From Hypanus sabinus (taxonomy: Eukaryota): a stretch of 64,000 nucleotides of DNA. Every line of letters starts with the position of its first letter. Position 1 is the stretch's first letter. The translations under genes and the position numbers were made by a program. The stretch covers positions 32,922,001 to 32,986,000 of the forward strand of contig NC_082728.1 in assembly GCF_030144855.1 (NCBI RefSeq), in the 5' to 3' direction. The notes under the pieces are model-generated. The model saw only the letters and a list, made by a program, of their open reading frames with translations. It made no database searches and was not told the DNA's origin. Shown in pieces: positions 25,980 through 38,648 of this stretch.

Positions 25980-26460
25980 AGCTGAAAGAAAGTACTTCAA
26001 TTGTGTGTGTGTGGTTCGGAACTGTAGAGTCATAGAATCATACAGCTCTAAAATGGACTTTGTCCACCATGACTGTGGTGCCCATCAAAGCTAATCCTTT
26101 CTTGCCTGCATTAGGCCCTTCTCCCTCAATGCCTTTACAATCCAAATACTCTTCTAAAGCCCTTTTAAACATTGTATATTCCTCTGCCACTTCCTCCAGC
26201 AGATCAGTCCAGATAGTCACCACACTCTGTGTGAAAGGTTACCCTTTCAAACTCATTTAAATTTCATCTGCTCTCACCGAAAATATGTCCTCTAGTTCTC
26301 GAATCTCCTGCCTTGAGAAAAGAAAGAGACTTGACATTTCATCCCTGTTAATTTTGTAAATCGCCATCCAGTCTCATCATTGCTCTACAACACTCTATTC
26401 CAAGCAACATCAAGGTGACTTTCTTCTGCACTCTTTACAGCACACATCCTTCCTGTGCTC
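25980..26460 (-). mobile_element. CR1 3' fragment
   Basis: Reverse-oriented CR1 3'-UTR (ORF 26038-26223 FKRALEEYL...GIEG). Confidence 0.6.
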
Positions 26461-26829
26461 AAATGTGAGAGGAATTCTAATCTTCTTTCTACATAATTAA
26501 TCTAAGTTGGTAATCTGAATGTGCTGTATCTGCAGAGTCTGTGTGTTTAACCCCACAAATGGTATAATGATTAGACCACTTTCCCAATGCTGGACCTGGA
26601 ACTATGCCTACCTTTTCATCAGCTGCTTGGAACAGTCTATACTCCAAGCCTACACTGGTATTGCTTCCCAACACTTTCTGCACCACATTAACAACTTGGA
26701 GCTGCATCATCAATTTCTTCAACTTTATCCCCAGCTTCAACTCTGCTCTTAAATTTACTTGGTGTATTGCTGACACTCTCTCTCCTTTCTCAATCTCTCT
26801 GGAAGCACATTATCTGCTAATTTAACTTA

Positions 26830-27810
26830 TAAAGCTATTGAGTCTCACAGCTATCTTGTGTATCCCTTTTTTCAACCAGTCACTTGTAAAAATACTATTC
26901 CCTTTTCCAAATACCCTTAACCCTTCTCCCTCTTCTCAGGATAAGGCTTTCCATTCCAGAACATCTGAGATTTCCTCCTCTTTCAAAGAATGGGGTTTCA
27001 TTTCCTCAACAATTGATGCTGCCTTTATCCGTATCTCCTCTATTTCCTGGACATACCCTCTCGCCTAATCCTTACCTATAATCCCATGAGTCTCCGCATC
27101 CAAAACATCATTCTCTTTAACATCTGCCATCTTCACTAAGCATGTCTTTCTCTACCTGCCCCCATTCTGTTTTCAGTAGGGTGCAGATTTTGCTCTCTAG
27201 GTGACTCCATTGTCCACTCATCCTTCTCCAGGCACTTATCCCTGCAAGTGGCAGAAGTTCTACACCTGCCCCTTCACTTCCTCCGTCACCAACATTCAGG
27301 GCCCCAAACAGTCCGTCCAGGTGAGACAACACTTCATCATAATTGTCTGGATTCATCTGCTGTATCTGGTGTTCCTGGTGCCGCCTCTTCTACATCTATG
27401 AGGCCTGTGTAGATTGGTGCTCTGTTTAATTGAATACCCTTGCTTCACCCACCACAACAGGTGGGATTTCCCATTGGCCATATATCTAAATTCTACTTCC
27501 TATTCCCATTCCAACATATCAGTCCATGACCTCCTCTACATTGACAATGAGGCCACAGTCAGGTTGGAAGAGCAGCTCCTCATATTCCATCTGGGTAGCC
27601 TCCAACCTGATGATGAGAACACCATTTCTCTAACCTGCTAATTTCTTCCCCCTCCTCCTCCTCTCTTATTCTATTCCCATTCTGGCTCTCTCTTACCCCT
27701 TCTTTTCTCATCCCTTGCTTAACACCCCTCTCTTGTGCCCCTGCTTCTTCCCTTTCTCCCTTGGATCTCTCCTATGAAATTCCTTCTTTTTCAGCCCTTT
27801 ACTTTTTCTC
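26830..27810 (+). mobile_element. Degenerate Penelope-like element (RT tail and GIY-YIG)
   Basis: ORF 27414-27641 ends EATVRLEEQLLIFHLGSLQPD, homologous to the Penelope copy at 45.1-46.4 kb. Confidence 0.8.
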
Positions 27811-28110
27811 CCTATCACCTGCCAGCTTCACATCTCATTCCCCTCACCTGGCTTCACCTATCACCTGGCAGCTTCACACTTTAGTCCCCCTCACCTGGCT
27901 TCACCTATCACCTGGCAGCTTCACACTTTAGTCCCCCTCACCTGGCTTCACCTATCACCTGCCAGCTTCACACTTTAGTCCCCCTCACCTGGCTTCACCT
28001 ATCACCTGGCAGCTTCACACCTCATTCCCCCTCATCTTTCTTCACCTATCACCTGGCAGCTTCACACCTCATCCCCCCCTCACCTGGCTTCACCTATCAC
28101 CTGCCAGCTT
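27810..28110 (+). repeat. Minisatellite, ~6.5 copies of a 47-bp unit
   Basis: Unit cacctggcttcacctatcacctggcagcttcacactttagtccccct starts at 27845, 27892, 27939, 27986, 28033 and 28081. Confidence 0.9.
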
Positions 28111-28729
28111 CTGCTCCCTCTCCTCCACCTAATTCTGACCTCTTACCCTTTTCTTTCCAGTCCTGATAAAGAGTCTCAGTCCACAATTATGATGTTTATT
28201 CCCCTCCATTGATGCTGCCTGACCTATGGAGATCCTCTGGTAATTTTTGTGTTTTGCTCATAGACTGGTCTGTATCTTTGACTCGCAAGAAATAGTTTGG
28301 AAAAGGAGCCGTATTCACCACCAGGACAATATTGTATGTTTTGTGTTGTCTGTAATGGTGAACTTCTAACTCTGAACCATGAATTAACAGCATTTGTGAA
28401 TTTAATTCAGCACTTACTTTTAATTTCAGCAAAGGGATATTTCCTCATATTGACTGCAGTTCATCTAGTCCTGCACACTAGGTGGAGTGAGAGACCAGTG
28501 CAGCCAAATAAACCAGTGGTGCAATGAACCCATGTCACAGCCAACCAACAAATTTCCCCCTGGCAGTGAGCAGATTTACAGATTACAGATGAAGTCAGTA
28601 TCTTAAAGGACTGAACTGCAGTCCAATCTGTGCACAATGCATGAATGGTGAGTAGCCAGAGAGTATTTTTTAATGTCACAATTTTCATCAGCTTGTTTCT
28701 TACTTGAAAACAGAAAGAGAAATGTGATG

Positions 28730-29150
28730 TTCGAAGAGGAGGGGAAGCAAAGGGACTGTGTAGAAGAAAGGTCAAATAATCCATGGCAGAGAAGAAGGGA
28801 TGAGGGGAGTGGAGAAATGAGGAACTGGAATCAGAGGGAAGTGAATGAGAATTGGACTAGAGAGCGAAAGAATGAGAGGGGGAAGGAGAAGGGGTCAGAT
28901 GAGAATAAAGAAGGAACTGGGAGGAGTGAAAAGGAGATTGATGGCAAGAGCACAGGAGATTAAAGCGGGGAGAGGATTGGAGGGGTATTGCAAGTGGAAG
29001 GACAGAAGGAATCAAAGGTGAGGGGAAGGAGTGGACAGCAGAGAAGAAGGGATTCAAGGGTAGAAATGGGGAGTGGAGGACAAACAGAACCAATAGAAAG
29101 GAAGCGCTTGGGAGTAGAGATCAAAGAAAGCAAACATCAGGGAACGAAGC
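28730..29150 (+). repeat. Purine-rich (GA) low-complexity tract
   Basis: Strong A/G strand bias over ~400 bp. The overlapping ORFs are compositional artefacts. Confidence 0.7.
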
Positions 29151-29245
29151 ATAAGAATCAAAGGGTAATAGAGCCTAGTCGAATGAGAAATGTGATGATA
29201 TTTAGTTCTATTTGTTCTATATCATGTCAAGATCTTAAATCTCAC

Positions 29246-29412
29246 CTGTTTATTATCTAATGGCATGTCAATCAAGAGAGGTGACAGAATATTATATTTC
29301 AAAAGACTAGTTTGCTGAACTACTTTAGTTTCTTTTCTGAAAGGGTTATCGCTAATTATTACTACTCTGAACTGTGGGTCTCTTCTCCATACCAAAGAGA
29401 AATTATCTCCAG
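29246..29412 (-). CDS. Candidate orphan coding exon (phase 1 to 0), gene unknown
   Basis: U-rich acceptor ...ttgcattgttag| and donor CAG|gtgaga. Open frame (A)GDNFSLVWRRDPQFRVVIISDNPFRKETKVVQQTSLLKYNILSPLLIDMPLDNKQ in non-repeat DNA. Confidence 0.35.
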
Positions 29413-30999
29413 CTAACAATGCAACTCAAATACAATAATCAAAAACAAATAAAGGTTGTGTCTTCTCATTCACTCCTTACTATTTCTATCTTCAAAGTTG
29501 TTCTGTATTTATCTTTACTAATTGTCTTGATATGGCATTATTGACATGGACAGTTTCTGTATCTGTTGTCTAATTTTGAGGTATTATTATCCTTTATTAC
29601 ACAACTGCAGATGGACAAAGTTTGTTGATTTGAGCTCTACAGGGATTTCTTCTACATTTAGAAATTGAGGTTAGCAATATTCTTGCCAGAATAAGCATTT
29701 TGTTGATCTGTCCAGTGAATAGTTATCACAATGCATTAATGGAGTGTAGGATGTTTCTGAGAGTGGCTGAACAGTGATTCGGGGGAGGATGTGCTCACAC
29801 TCCCACCTACCATCATGTTGTCAAGAAACAGAGTATTCTGCAGTAGCTATTAATGCCTGTTTTTATACAGTAATTCTGAATCCCTATCAATATTGTAAAA
29901 TCATACCACACACGCACACACATAACATAAACTGCTAAAAATAATGGTCTTATTGTACTCTACAGACAACCTGGTGTGTTGAAAGTTTTTTCCGGAAAGC
30001 ATGTCACTTTTCTGCTGTGAAATATATCATCAGAAAGGTAATCAAAGGTAATGGAATATAATATGGTTGTAACACTAAAGGAGTAATCCAAGGGTCTGGA
30101 TTATTAATCTGGAGACACTAAATATAAATCCCATTGTGGATGTTTCAGTGTGGAAATTGCAGCAAGGCAAGGGTTAAAATGGGGCACTGATAGCACAGAA
30201 TGTGGAAGTTCAGAAAGGTAAGAATTAATATGATAAACTGACACAAACTGCAGTCACCCAGACTGAAAATGGCCCTTGGAAGCCTGACTCTCCTTTGCAC
30301 AGACTTTCTGTTCAAGCCTGGGGACCAAGGTGACCAACATGTGATGAAGATGCAAACGGAGGATTTTAGGACACAGTGAATATTGCACACTTATTTCACT
30401 AATATCTCACGTACTATTGGCCTTTAGCACATGTATTTAATTGGTTATTAATAACTGAAATATGTATTATGATTGGTACTTAAATATGCAAATGATAGAA
30501 TTTAGAAGCACACTAAGTTTATATTGAATCAATATCTGCCACGAGTCATGAGTCAATTTGCGTATAAAAATGGCATCTCCTTGTTCGAACTTCAGAACAG
30601 TTTAGTGACAGGAGCTGAACTGTTCTTCTTGTGCACAATTATATAAAGTGTGATTGAGGAATGAGAGTGAGTTGTCAGATTCCAGTTAGTCAGCGATGAT
30701 ACCGGGCTAATAATGCAAAAACCAAGATTATTAATCTAGAGTCACTGAATACAAATTCCACATAGGATGTTTGAGAACTGAATTCTATTGATTGTACAAC
30801 TAGCACTTTACATTTAAGGCACAGGACCACAGATGAATGGGCTGAAAGCCTTTGGGCTGGGACTCATAGAAGATCATGTGGTTCAATCTGTTGGCAAAGG
30901 AATCACACAATGGAGAAAAAGAAGTCAAAGGTTAAATTTATTTCCCAAATTAGGTCAGTAACATTGCTAATCACTTTACAAAACAATTTTTTAAAATCC

Positions 31000-31530
31000 C
31001 ACAGCTTTTGGTCACCTAATTACAGGAAGATATTAATAAGGTTGAAAGAGTGCAGAGAAGGTTTACAAGGATGTTGCCGGGTCTTGAGAAACAGAGTTAC
31101 AGAGAAAAGTTGAATAGGTTAGGACTTTATTCCCTGGAGCATAGGAGAATGAGGGGAGATTTGATAGAGGTGTGTAAAATTATGATGGGTATAGATAGAG
31201 TGAATGCAAGCAGGCTTTTTCCACTGAGGCCAGGGGAGAAAAAAAATCCAGAGGCTATGGGTTAAGGGTGAAGGGGGAAAAGTTTAAAGGGAACATTGGG
31301 GGGGTTTCTTCACGCAGAGAGTAATGGGAGTGTGGAATGAGCTGCCAGATGAAGTAGTGAATACGGGCTCACTTTTGACATTTAAGAAAAACTTGGACAG
31401 GTATATGGATGAGAGGGGTTTGAAGGGATATTACCCAGGTGCAGGTCAGTGAGACTAGGCAGAAAAATGGTTCGGCACAGCCAAGAAGGGCCAAAAGGCC
31501 TGTTTCTGTGCGGTAATGTTCTATGGTTCT
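31000..31530 (+). mobile_element. CR1 3' end
   Basis: QRRFTRMLPGLEKQSYREKLNRLGLYSLEHRRMRGDLIEV plus a ttctatg repeat tail. Confidence 0.85.
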
Positions 31531-34500
31531 ATGGTTTTCACTCTTCTGACAATAAAAATAAAGCAAATGACACTTAATTTTCATTTTGTTTTAATTACTC
31601 ACTTGAACTGAATAGTATTTTTATGAGGATCCGCTAGAGGACTGATGTACTTTAAAGTTGCTGTCACCAAATATTACGGTTCGATTTTAAAACCTTACAT
31701 TGTTACAGCCAGCTCACATTCATTGGCATGGCTCACATAAGCGATAGTGTAGGATAGTAAGACATTAGAAATGGTTAATGTATCTAAATACTTTTAGGAA
31801 GAAAAGAAGAACAATGTAAATTTTACAAAATAATTCGTATAAAATACATCTAAAAATATCAAATCAGCTTTGTAACTGGGCTATGTACATAAAACAAATT
31901 AAAGTAGAAATACTTATAAAATAAGCAGAAATTTTCAAAGTAAATTTAGATATTCTAATCCTTAAAAACATAGAAAAGACGACTGATCAAATTATAATCT
32001 ATAATATTGCACATGGGTTCACTGCATTTGAATAAAAAGACAAAGTGCAAAAAACTATAACTTGCACAATTGATATGTTATAATAATAGACAACCGTTGA
32101 TCTCAGGAGATCATGGGTTTGCACCTCTGGTGGGTTGTGTCCTTTCCAGGGTGCAAGCCTGGGCCGGAAGATTTGAAGAACCGGCTGTTGCCCATGCAGT
32201 GGGTTCCCCCTCTCCATGTCACTGATGTAACCCAAGGGAAGGGCAAGTGCCGATACAACTTGGCACCAGTGTCATCGCAGAGTTGCCAGAGTGAAGCTGC
32301 AAACATCATCAAACTGCCTAAGGGACCCGGGCTCCGGATTTCTTCCTCGGGGTTTACTCGCGAAGACTTTCCCATGAGTAAGTATGGCCACCAGACAGCG
32401 GAGGTTTAAAAGCAGTTTTCCTTCTCCATACATACATTACAAATGGCAAATATGTGTAGTATTCTACTTACATAATGCTCCTTCTGCTTCTATTTTCGAC
32501 TGAAGCTGACTACATATCACATTTCACTGTTTTAGTTCCTGAGAAGTACAGCTCAGTGGAAGAATGGCATAATGGATTCATTCAACAGGAAGCAAACTTT
32601 CAAAGTGCAACTAAGCTTAAGAGCTTTTGCTCTTTTCATTGCCTTATAGTGATTTTGTACAGACTTAGTATTTCAGGTGTAAAACAGTGTCGCTCCTTGA
32701 CACTCAAGACTGATCTCACTGATGAGATTTATCAAAGCACTAATAATCAATATGTGAAGCCATTAACTTCAGATAAAAGCAATGGTGAAGAGTTCAACAA
32801 AGTGCCCGAGTTAAAACTGTGTTCTTATTTTACCCAAGAACTGAGATTATTAAAAGCACAACTTGAAAGCAAAAATTATTACAGAGGAATGTCATAGTTC
32901 TTTGTGAAGGATGTTGAAGTTTCACAGTTGCACAACAGAACATCAGACAGATCAGACATCATATCACAAATGATGATTCCTCGATGTAACTTCGAAGTTA
33001 GCGGGGCAGTCTTCAAACCTGAGTAAATTTTTTAAGCTGTTAAAGAAGAACAAATAAATTTTGAAAATCATGATGAGTGTGGCTAAAAATAAGTCAACGT
33101 TTGAAATCAAACCTACCATTTGATTTCCTGCTTCTTCAACGAACTGTCGAACTAAATACAAAAGAAAATAAATTATTGTTATTTATGTTACAGTAATTTG
33201 AAGTAAATTAATATTTCTTGATGTAAAAATAATCCAAATTATTTTCCTTATTTTTGTTAATCTCCTAATCATGCATACTAAGAGTAGTAACAATGACAGT
33301 AATAATGAATTCTGACATTTTCTGTAATATTCAGGTATTTCCAACAACAACGTGATGCAAAATTGATACAATTTTGAGACTTGGACCAGTCAACAAATAA
33401 TATGTCACTCCCTCTCAGTTGGAAATTATGTTACCAATCGATCAGTTTAATTGTCTCAAGTAATAAATAATCCAGGTGAAATTAATTCAAATCCTAGCCT
33501 TGCAATATGGGTAGTTGAGCGTAGTTTAATAAGTATGCCTGCTACCAGTAACTGTAAGCATTAAGATTTATCTCTATCTACTCCCCATTCTGATCTTTCA
33601 CTTCTTCCCACCTGCCTATTCTGGTTCCACTCCTCCTTCGCTTTCTCCAATGGTCCATTTTCCCCTATCAGATTCTTTCTTCTCCAGCCTCGACCCTTCC
33701 CATCCACCTGGCTTCACCTATCACTTTCCTGCTAGCCTCTTTCACCTCCCCCCTCACCACATTTATTTTCTGGTGTCTTCCCCCCCTTCCTTCACAGCCC
33801 TAAAGAATGGTCTCAGTCCCAAATGTCAACTGTTTACACTTTTCCACATATGCCGCCTAACTTACGGAGTTCTTCCAGCGTTCTGTGTGTTTGCTTAAGA
33901 TTCAATCTCCTTTAGAATATTGTGGAAAAAAAACAACTTGCTTATTCATGTCCTTTAACAAAGAAAACACACTACTCTTAATTAGTCTGGCTTTATTTCA
34001 TCTGACAACTTTCCAATGTTGTTACCTTAACTATCCTAGTTACTGGCAAGTCACTCAATTAACTGCTAAAACACACAGAAACACTTACTCAATGCAATGA
34101 AGGCCAGCAAGTCAAAGTTCAAAAGTTAAAACTTTATTATTAAAGTACGTACTGTCACCATATGTACTACTAGCATGAGATTCATTTTCCTGTGGGGACT
34201 CACAGTCGACACAAGGAGATACGACAGAAGCAGTAAAAATCTACACAGAAAGGTGGTCAGACAACCAATGTGCAAAAGAAGGCAAACCTTGCAAATGCAA
34301 AAAAAGTAATAAATAATATTGAGAACATGAGCTGTAGAGTTGTGGAATCAGTTCAGTGTTGAGGTGTGTGAAGATATCCACACTGCTCCGGAGTTTGATG
34401 GTTCAAGGGTAATAACTGTTCCTGAGCCTGGTAGTGTAGGACCAATGGCTCCATAATGTCACACATAAATTATGTTTTTAAAACCTTCTTTTCTTTTTTA

Positions 34501-35005
34501 TAGAATGCTCTCTCCAGCACCATTTGCTTTACCCAATACTCCATCAATACTTGGTGCACTGTACATGATGGTAGTTTGATAACAGAATCAGACCCTGCAG
34601 AAGGTAAATCAGAGCATTCCAGGGTGACTTATCTGGTGAGTCTTTAGGTGAAAGTGTGAATATGGTGAAAAGATCTTCACATTCTGAGGCCAGGATTTGG
34701 ATTAATTGTTTATATAATTTATCCTGTTTTATATTGGTACTTTATCTACCTATCCCTGTAAACATCCACTGCAGACAGGACTTCAAATCTGCTTGTGTTT
34801 GGAAGGCAAATGCACAAATATGTACACAGCCCTGCTAACAACTTTGACCAGCCATCTATAGATCATAACAATTGGCAATCATTAAAGTTTTCAGTCTTTC
34901 ACAGATTATGAAATTATATTTTATATTAATCATTGATTATCTATGCATAATTTTACACCAATGATTTGAGTTACAAGGATTCAGAAGTTGGCTGAAATAT
35001 TGTAC

Positions 35006-35152
35006 CTGGATGGCGCCTTCTCCAGAATTTCAGAAGACCCAGGAGGAATATTCCAGCTGCAAGACCTCCAACAACGACACCTACTACTGTGAGGGATATT
35101 CGCTTTTTTTCTTCAGTTTGTTGATTATAAATTGGCTGATTCACATTTGAAA
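35006..35152 (-). CDS. Gene A stalk/transmembrane exon
   Basis: ttttaaag|...CCAG|gtacaa, 147 nt: (I)SNVNQPIYNQQTEEKKRISLTVVGVVVGGLAAGIFLLGLLKFWRRRHP. Confidence 0.85.
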
Positions 35153-38100
35153 CTTTAAAAAAACAGCAGAAAAAGCCGTAAATTTCATTATCAATCTTTA
35201 TAAGAACACTGATGTAATTTGCTTATACACACCACAATTTTTAAAAATCAGTCATGTTGATCTCCGAGCAAAACTGTGAATCCCAGAATCACCCTGGAGC
35301 AGCACCCTCAAGAGCTAAATATAGCCTCTAAAGCATAACAAATGTAAGAAAAAGAAGAATGATTGGAACAACAAAAATATAACAACTTCCCTATCATTCA
35401 ATGAGATTGTGGCTTCTATCTCAGCTGTATTTTCATACACGTTCCCCGTATCTCTAAATACCCAAACTTCTATTTATCTCAATCATGGAAATATTTGGCG
35501 ACTCAACTTCTGCAGTCTCGATGGGTAGATTGACTGACTTCTGATGAAGTCCTTCTTCTCATCTGGGTCATGAAAGGACAACCCTGAATTTTGAAAATGA
35601 TGCTGTGTCCAGGCACCTCAACCAGGGAATATCAACAACATGTGAAGAACCGTGATAATTTTGTACCTTCCAATGAGATCAACACAGATTTTTTAAAAAT
35701 TTGGATTCTATGAATTAACCTGGTTACCCATTGCTCCAGTCTCTCTACTGCAAACCCACAGGCAAATATTATTCCAAATGTTGACTCACCAGGGCCTTCA
35801 ATAATTGGAGCAAGATGGCCCCATACTTGAAGTCAAATCATCATGCAATTAAAACCTAATAAATAATCTGGCTTCCTACTTAGTGCATCATATGGAAATA
35901 AAATTTCAGTGATTTGTGTCAAATGCTGTGTACATTGCTCTAAACACCAACTGCTTTCAATTTAACACTAGTTAATGGTGGAGCAGGTTTGACAGGCCAG
36001 GTGACATTATCATGTTTCTATTTGTAATGTTCATATATTCAATTGTTTCCCTTCCCCACCACTCCCATCTGCTCTCTGTACCTTCCCCCTTTGATTCCAC
36101 ATCTGCCTCTAAGCCAGCCTTACCTGAATTCACCTATCACCTGCTAGCTCTTGTTCCAGCCCTTCTCTTCACCCTGTAATGGCTTATATCTCTCCTCTTT
36201 CAGTCCAGATGGAGGGGCTAAACCTGAGATATCAACTGGCCATTTTTCTTACAGATTCTATTTGGACTATTAAGTTTTTCCAGCTTTGTCTACCGAAGAC
36301 TGATCACTGCAGCTCCCCATTTGTCATGCCTCCCAGACTGAAAATCACCAGCATATTTCTAATTTCTTTGTCCATATCCCAATATTCAGACTAGGCCAGT
36401 ATATTGCATCTTGTGACATATGCTAAAATTTGCTTTGTTACACCCACTCACAGTTCTGCTGGAAATCCAAATATACCACATTGGCAGCATTGAGAACCAG
36501 AAATATTGTAGCAATTAGTTAAACAATCACTTTCCTAATCATGAAAAAGAAGATTATGAACATACTTGAGATACTGTTCCTGGCTTCATATTTACGCTCT
36601 GCCTCATTCCACACAGCACAGGTGTAGATATGCTCCTGGTCAGTTTCTGACATTATAATTGGAAGTGTGCTGGTAAGAGAGATCAGTCCTTGAGCAGTTT
36701 CTTTTCTTTTGGTTTCTGAGCTGAGTGTGAGGTTTTTCCCATCGACGGTCCAATGAATCTGAGCGGAAGGATATCCAGTTGTTTCACAAGTGACCACCTT
36801 GGTCGTTTCTGACAAGTTAACTAAGACCAGTTTTGGCAAACTGTAGGGAGCTAAAAAGAGAGCATTGTATTATTTGATAATATTAGACAATCTTCCATTA
36901 TTCCAAAATCTGCCATCCCTGCCATAGTATTCCAGTACGGCCCCTGAAAATCAAAGCTCTTAACACTTAATCATGGCTGAACGCAACCCAATTGCTGTCG
37001 CAGCACAGGTAGTCAGCAGGTCTCACAGAATAGATACAGCAACCAGTGAAACCCTGAGCTCTGCCTCAGAGGCTTTCACTTTCATGAACATTCATCAAGG
37101 TATAAATATTATTGTATTGAAAAGCTGAACTTCATATTTATGCAAAACAACTAATTAAGGAAAATATAACCATCACAGGAGACATTTTCCATTCCTTTGA
37201 ATGGATTCTGCTATGTTTACACCAGCTTTAAGCTGCAAAGCCCTGGGTACAGATTACTCGAGGACACTCTTGATGCAACACAGGGGCAACCACTGCCTGT
37301 GGGGTATGCCACTACGATGGAGAGATATCGGTTAATACTCAGCATTAATGCCAAGGGATCCTTGCCAGCATCTGTTGATGTAACAACACCAAAAGTAGGT
37401 TATCTACTCAGTAGTACAGTCATCCACCATGAATGGATACTTTCACCCTACCAGTAACCTGGTGAGTTTACTAATATAATTGGGGGGGGGGGGATTAGCT
37501 TCAGTGAAAGTGATATGATTTGGGACATTCAGGAGATTTAAAACCTGTTATATGAATGCAAAGGTATTCTTTGTTTTTACAGATAAATTTCTAAATTTAC
37601 CTACCATAACCTTCTATCCTTTTTTTCATAAATGGTCTATTTTTGTAATAATAAAAGCAAAAAAAGGTGTTTTGGGGAAGTAAAATTGCATTTTACGTCA
37701 GTTAGAATTAACCAGTTTTTGAAATGGAAAAAAAACAAGGAAAGTATACTGTTACTCACCTTTAACCACTAAAACGATGTTAACGTCCTTATATCCCAGA
37801 TTTGTTTCCAAATAATAATTATATTTCCCACTATCTGAAAGTTGTGTTTTTTGAAGTACCAGCGATATATTTTGTAGATCCGGAGAAAGTAATTTAATTC
37901 GATTCTGAGCTTTTCTGGAATTATGACTTCCATCAAACTTAAAAACTATAGTATCATGTCCATCATCTTTTCTCAATTCAATGTATTTGAGTTTACTTGG
38001 CTTTGCCGTTGTCAGGTTGCATGGCAATATCGTGTCCTCGTTCAATATTCCCGTCACCGTCTCCTCGCACTTCAAAGTCACGAACTCTGCAAAACAATAC

Positions 38101-38252
38101 ATCCCATCATCTTCCATTACTATCGTCAGTGTTGAATCAGTTAGTGACTGAAAAACGATTTACTACTTACCGGGTGCAGAGTAAACGTTTGCACACAGCA
38201 CCAAGTAACAATATATCTGTAGGTTTAAATCCATTTCCAGTATTCCCTTCAT
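35006..38252 (-). CDS. B7-family-like gene A (leader-IgV-IgC-TM); cytoplasmic exons unresolved
   Basis: Four phase-1 exons join in frame: 38252-38171, 38086-37760, 36850-36566, 35152-35006 (280 codons plus 1 nt). V-set and C-type Ig domains, an APYSLP linker as in B7 members, and a single TM. Confidence 0.85.
36566..36850 (-). CDS. Gene A IgC exon
   Basis: ctctttttag|CTCCC...TCAA|gtatgt, 285 nt: APYSLPKL...VTCETTGYPSAQIHW...IYTCAVWN. B7-type CxxxGYPxAxIxW motif. Confidence 0.9.
37760..38086 (-). CDS. Gene A IgV exon (atypical: no F-strand Cys, no C-strand Trp)
   Basis: ttttgcag|AGTTC...AAAG|gtgagt, 327 nt: EFVTLKCEETVTGILNEDTILPCN...RIKL...ISLVLQKTQLSDSGKYNYYL...VLVVK. Confidence 0.9.
38171..38252 (-). 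CDS. Gene A leader exon
   Basis: ATG at 38252: MKGILEMDLNLQIYCYLVLCANVYSAP plus G|gtaagt. An 84-nt intron separates it from the V exon. Confidence 0.8.
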
Positions 38253-38648
38253 CTGCCTGCCGATTTAAACACAATATACAATAAATGTTTAAAGATCAGA
38301 AATCGGATGTTTGCCAGGAATTTCATATAATGTAAATTCCAAGTAGGTTACAAAAAGGTAAATTGCATCAACTACATTCGATTGCTATATATGTTCGATC
38401 AATCAGAAAACCTCGTATAAGTAACCCACTGGGTTTCTAGTTTGCTCTACGTTTAGCAGACTCTCCGCGACTGCGGACATTCGCTGCCTGGATCAAAGTG
38501 TTAATACAAACACAGAAAACCAGTAGAACTAAAGCAACAACCAAGTGTTGGAATCTACAGCGGGCAACCGGATTTGCCATTTCGATCCACTTGAGAAAAC
38601 TGCAAGAGTCTGCAATCACCTGTGGAGGGACCGCGGAGCCGAGCTTAC

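Noticed and set aside
27810-28110. Regular repeats that might suggest a CRISPR array
   Set aside because: Units are contiguous with no unique spacers, there are no cas genes, and the context is eukaryotic.
28461-28784. Cys/Trp-rich 107-aa minus-strand ORF
   Set aside because: No ATG start or consistent splice pair, and no recognisable Cys-domain spacing.
32475-32897. 140-aa plus-strand ORF starting with a hydrophobic run
   Set aside because: Antisense to the probable AT-rich 3'-UTR of gene A, with no domain features.
38087-38170. Short 3n introns (84 and 87 nt) between leader and V exons in both genes as in-frame retained introns
   Set aside because: Both contain an in-frame stop within the first four codons.
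38437-38580. MANPVARCRFQHLVVALVLLVFCVC... resembling an alternative signal peptide for gene A
   Set aside because: No canonical donor links it to the V exon. The 38252-38171 exon has proper sites and a homologous counterpart in gene B.
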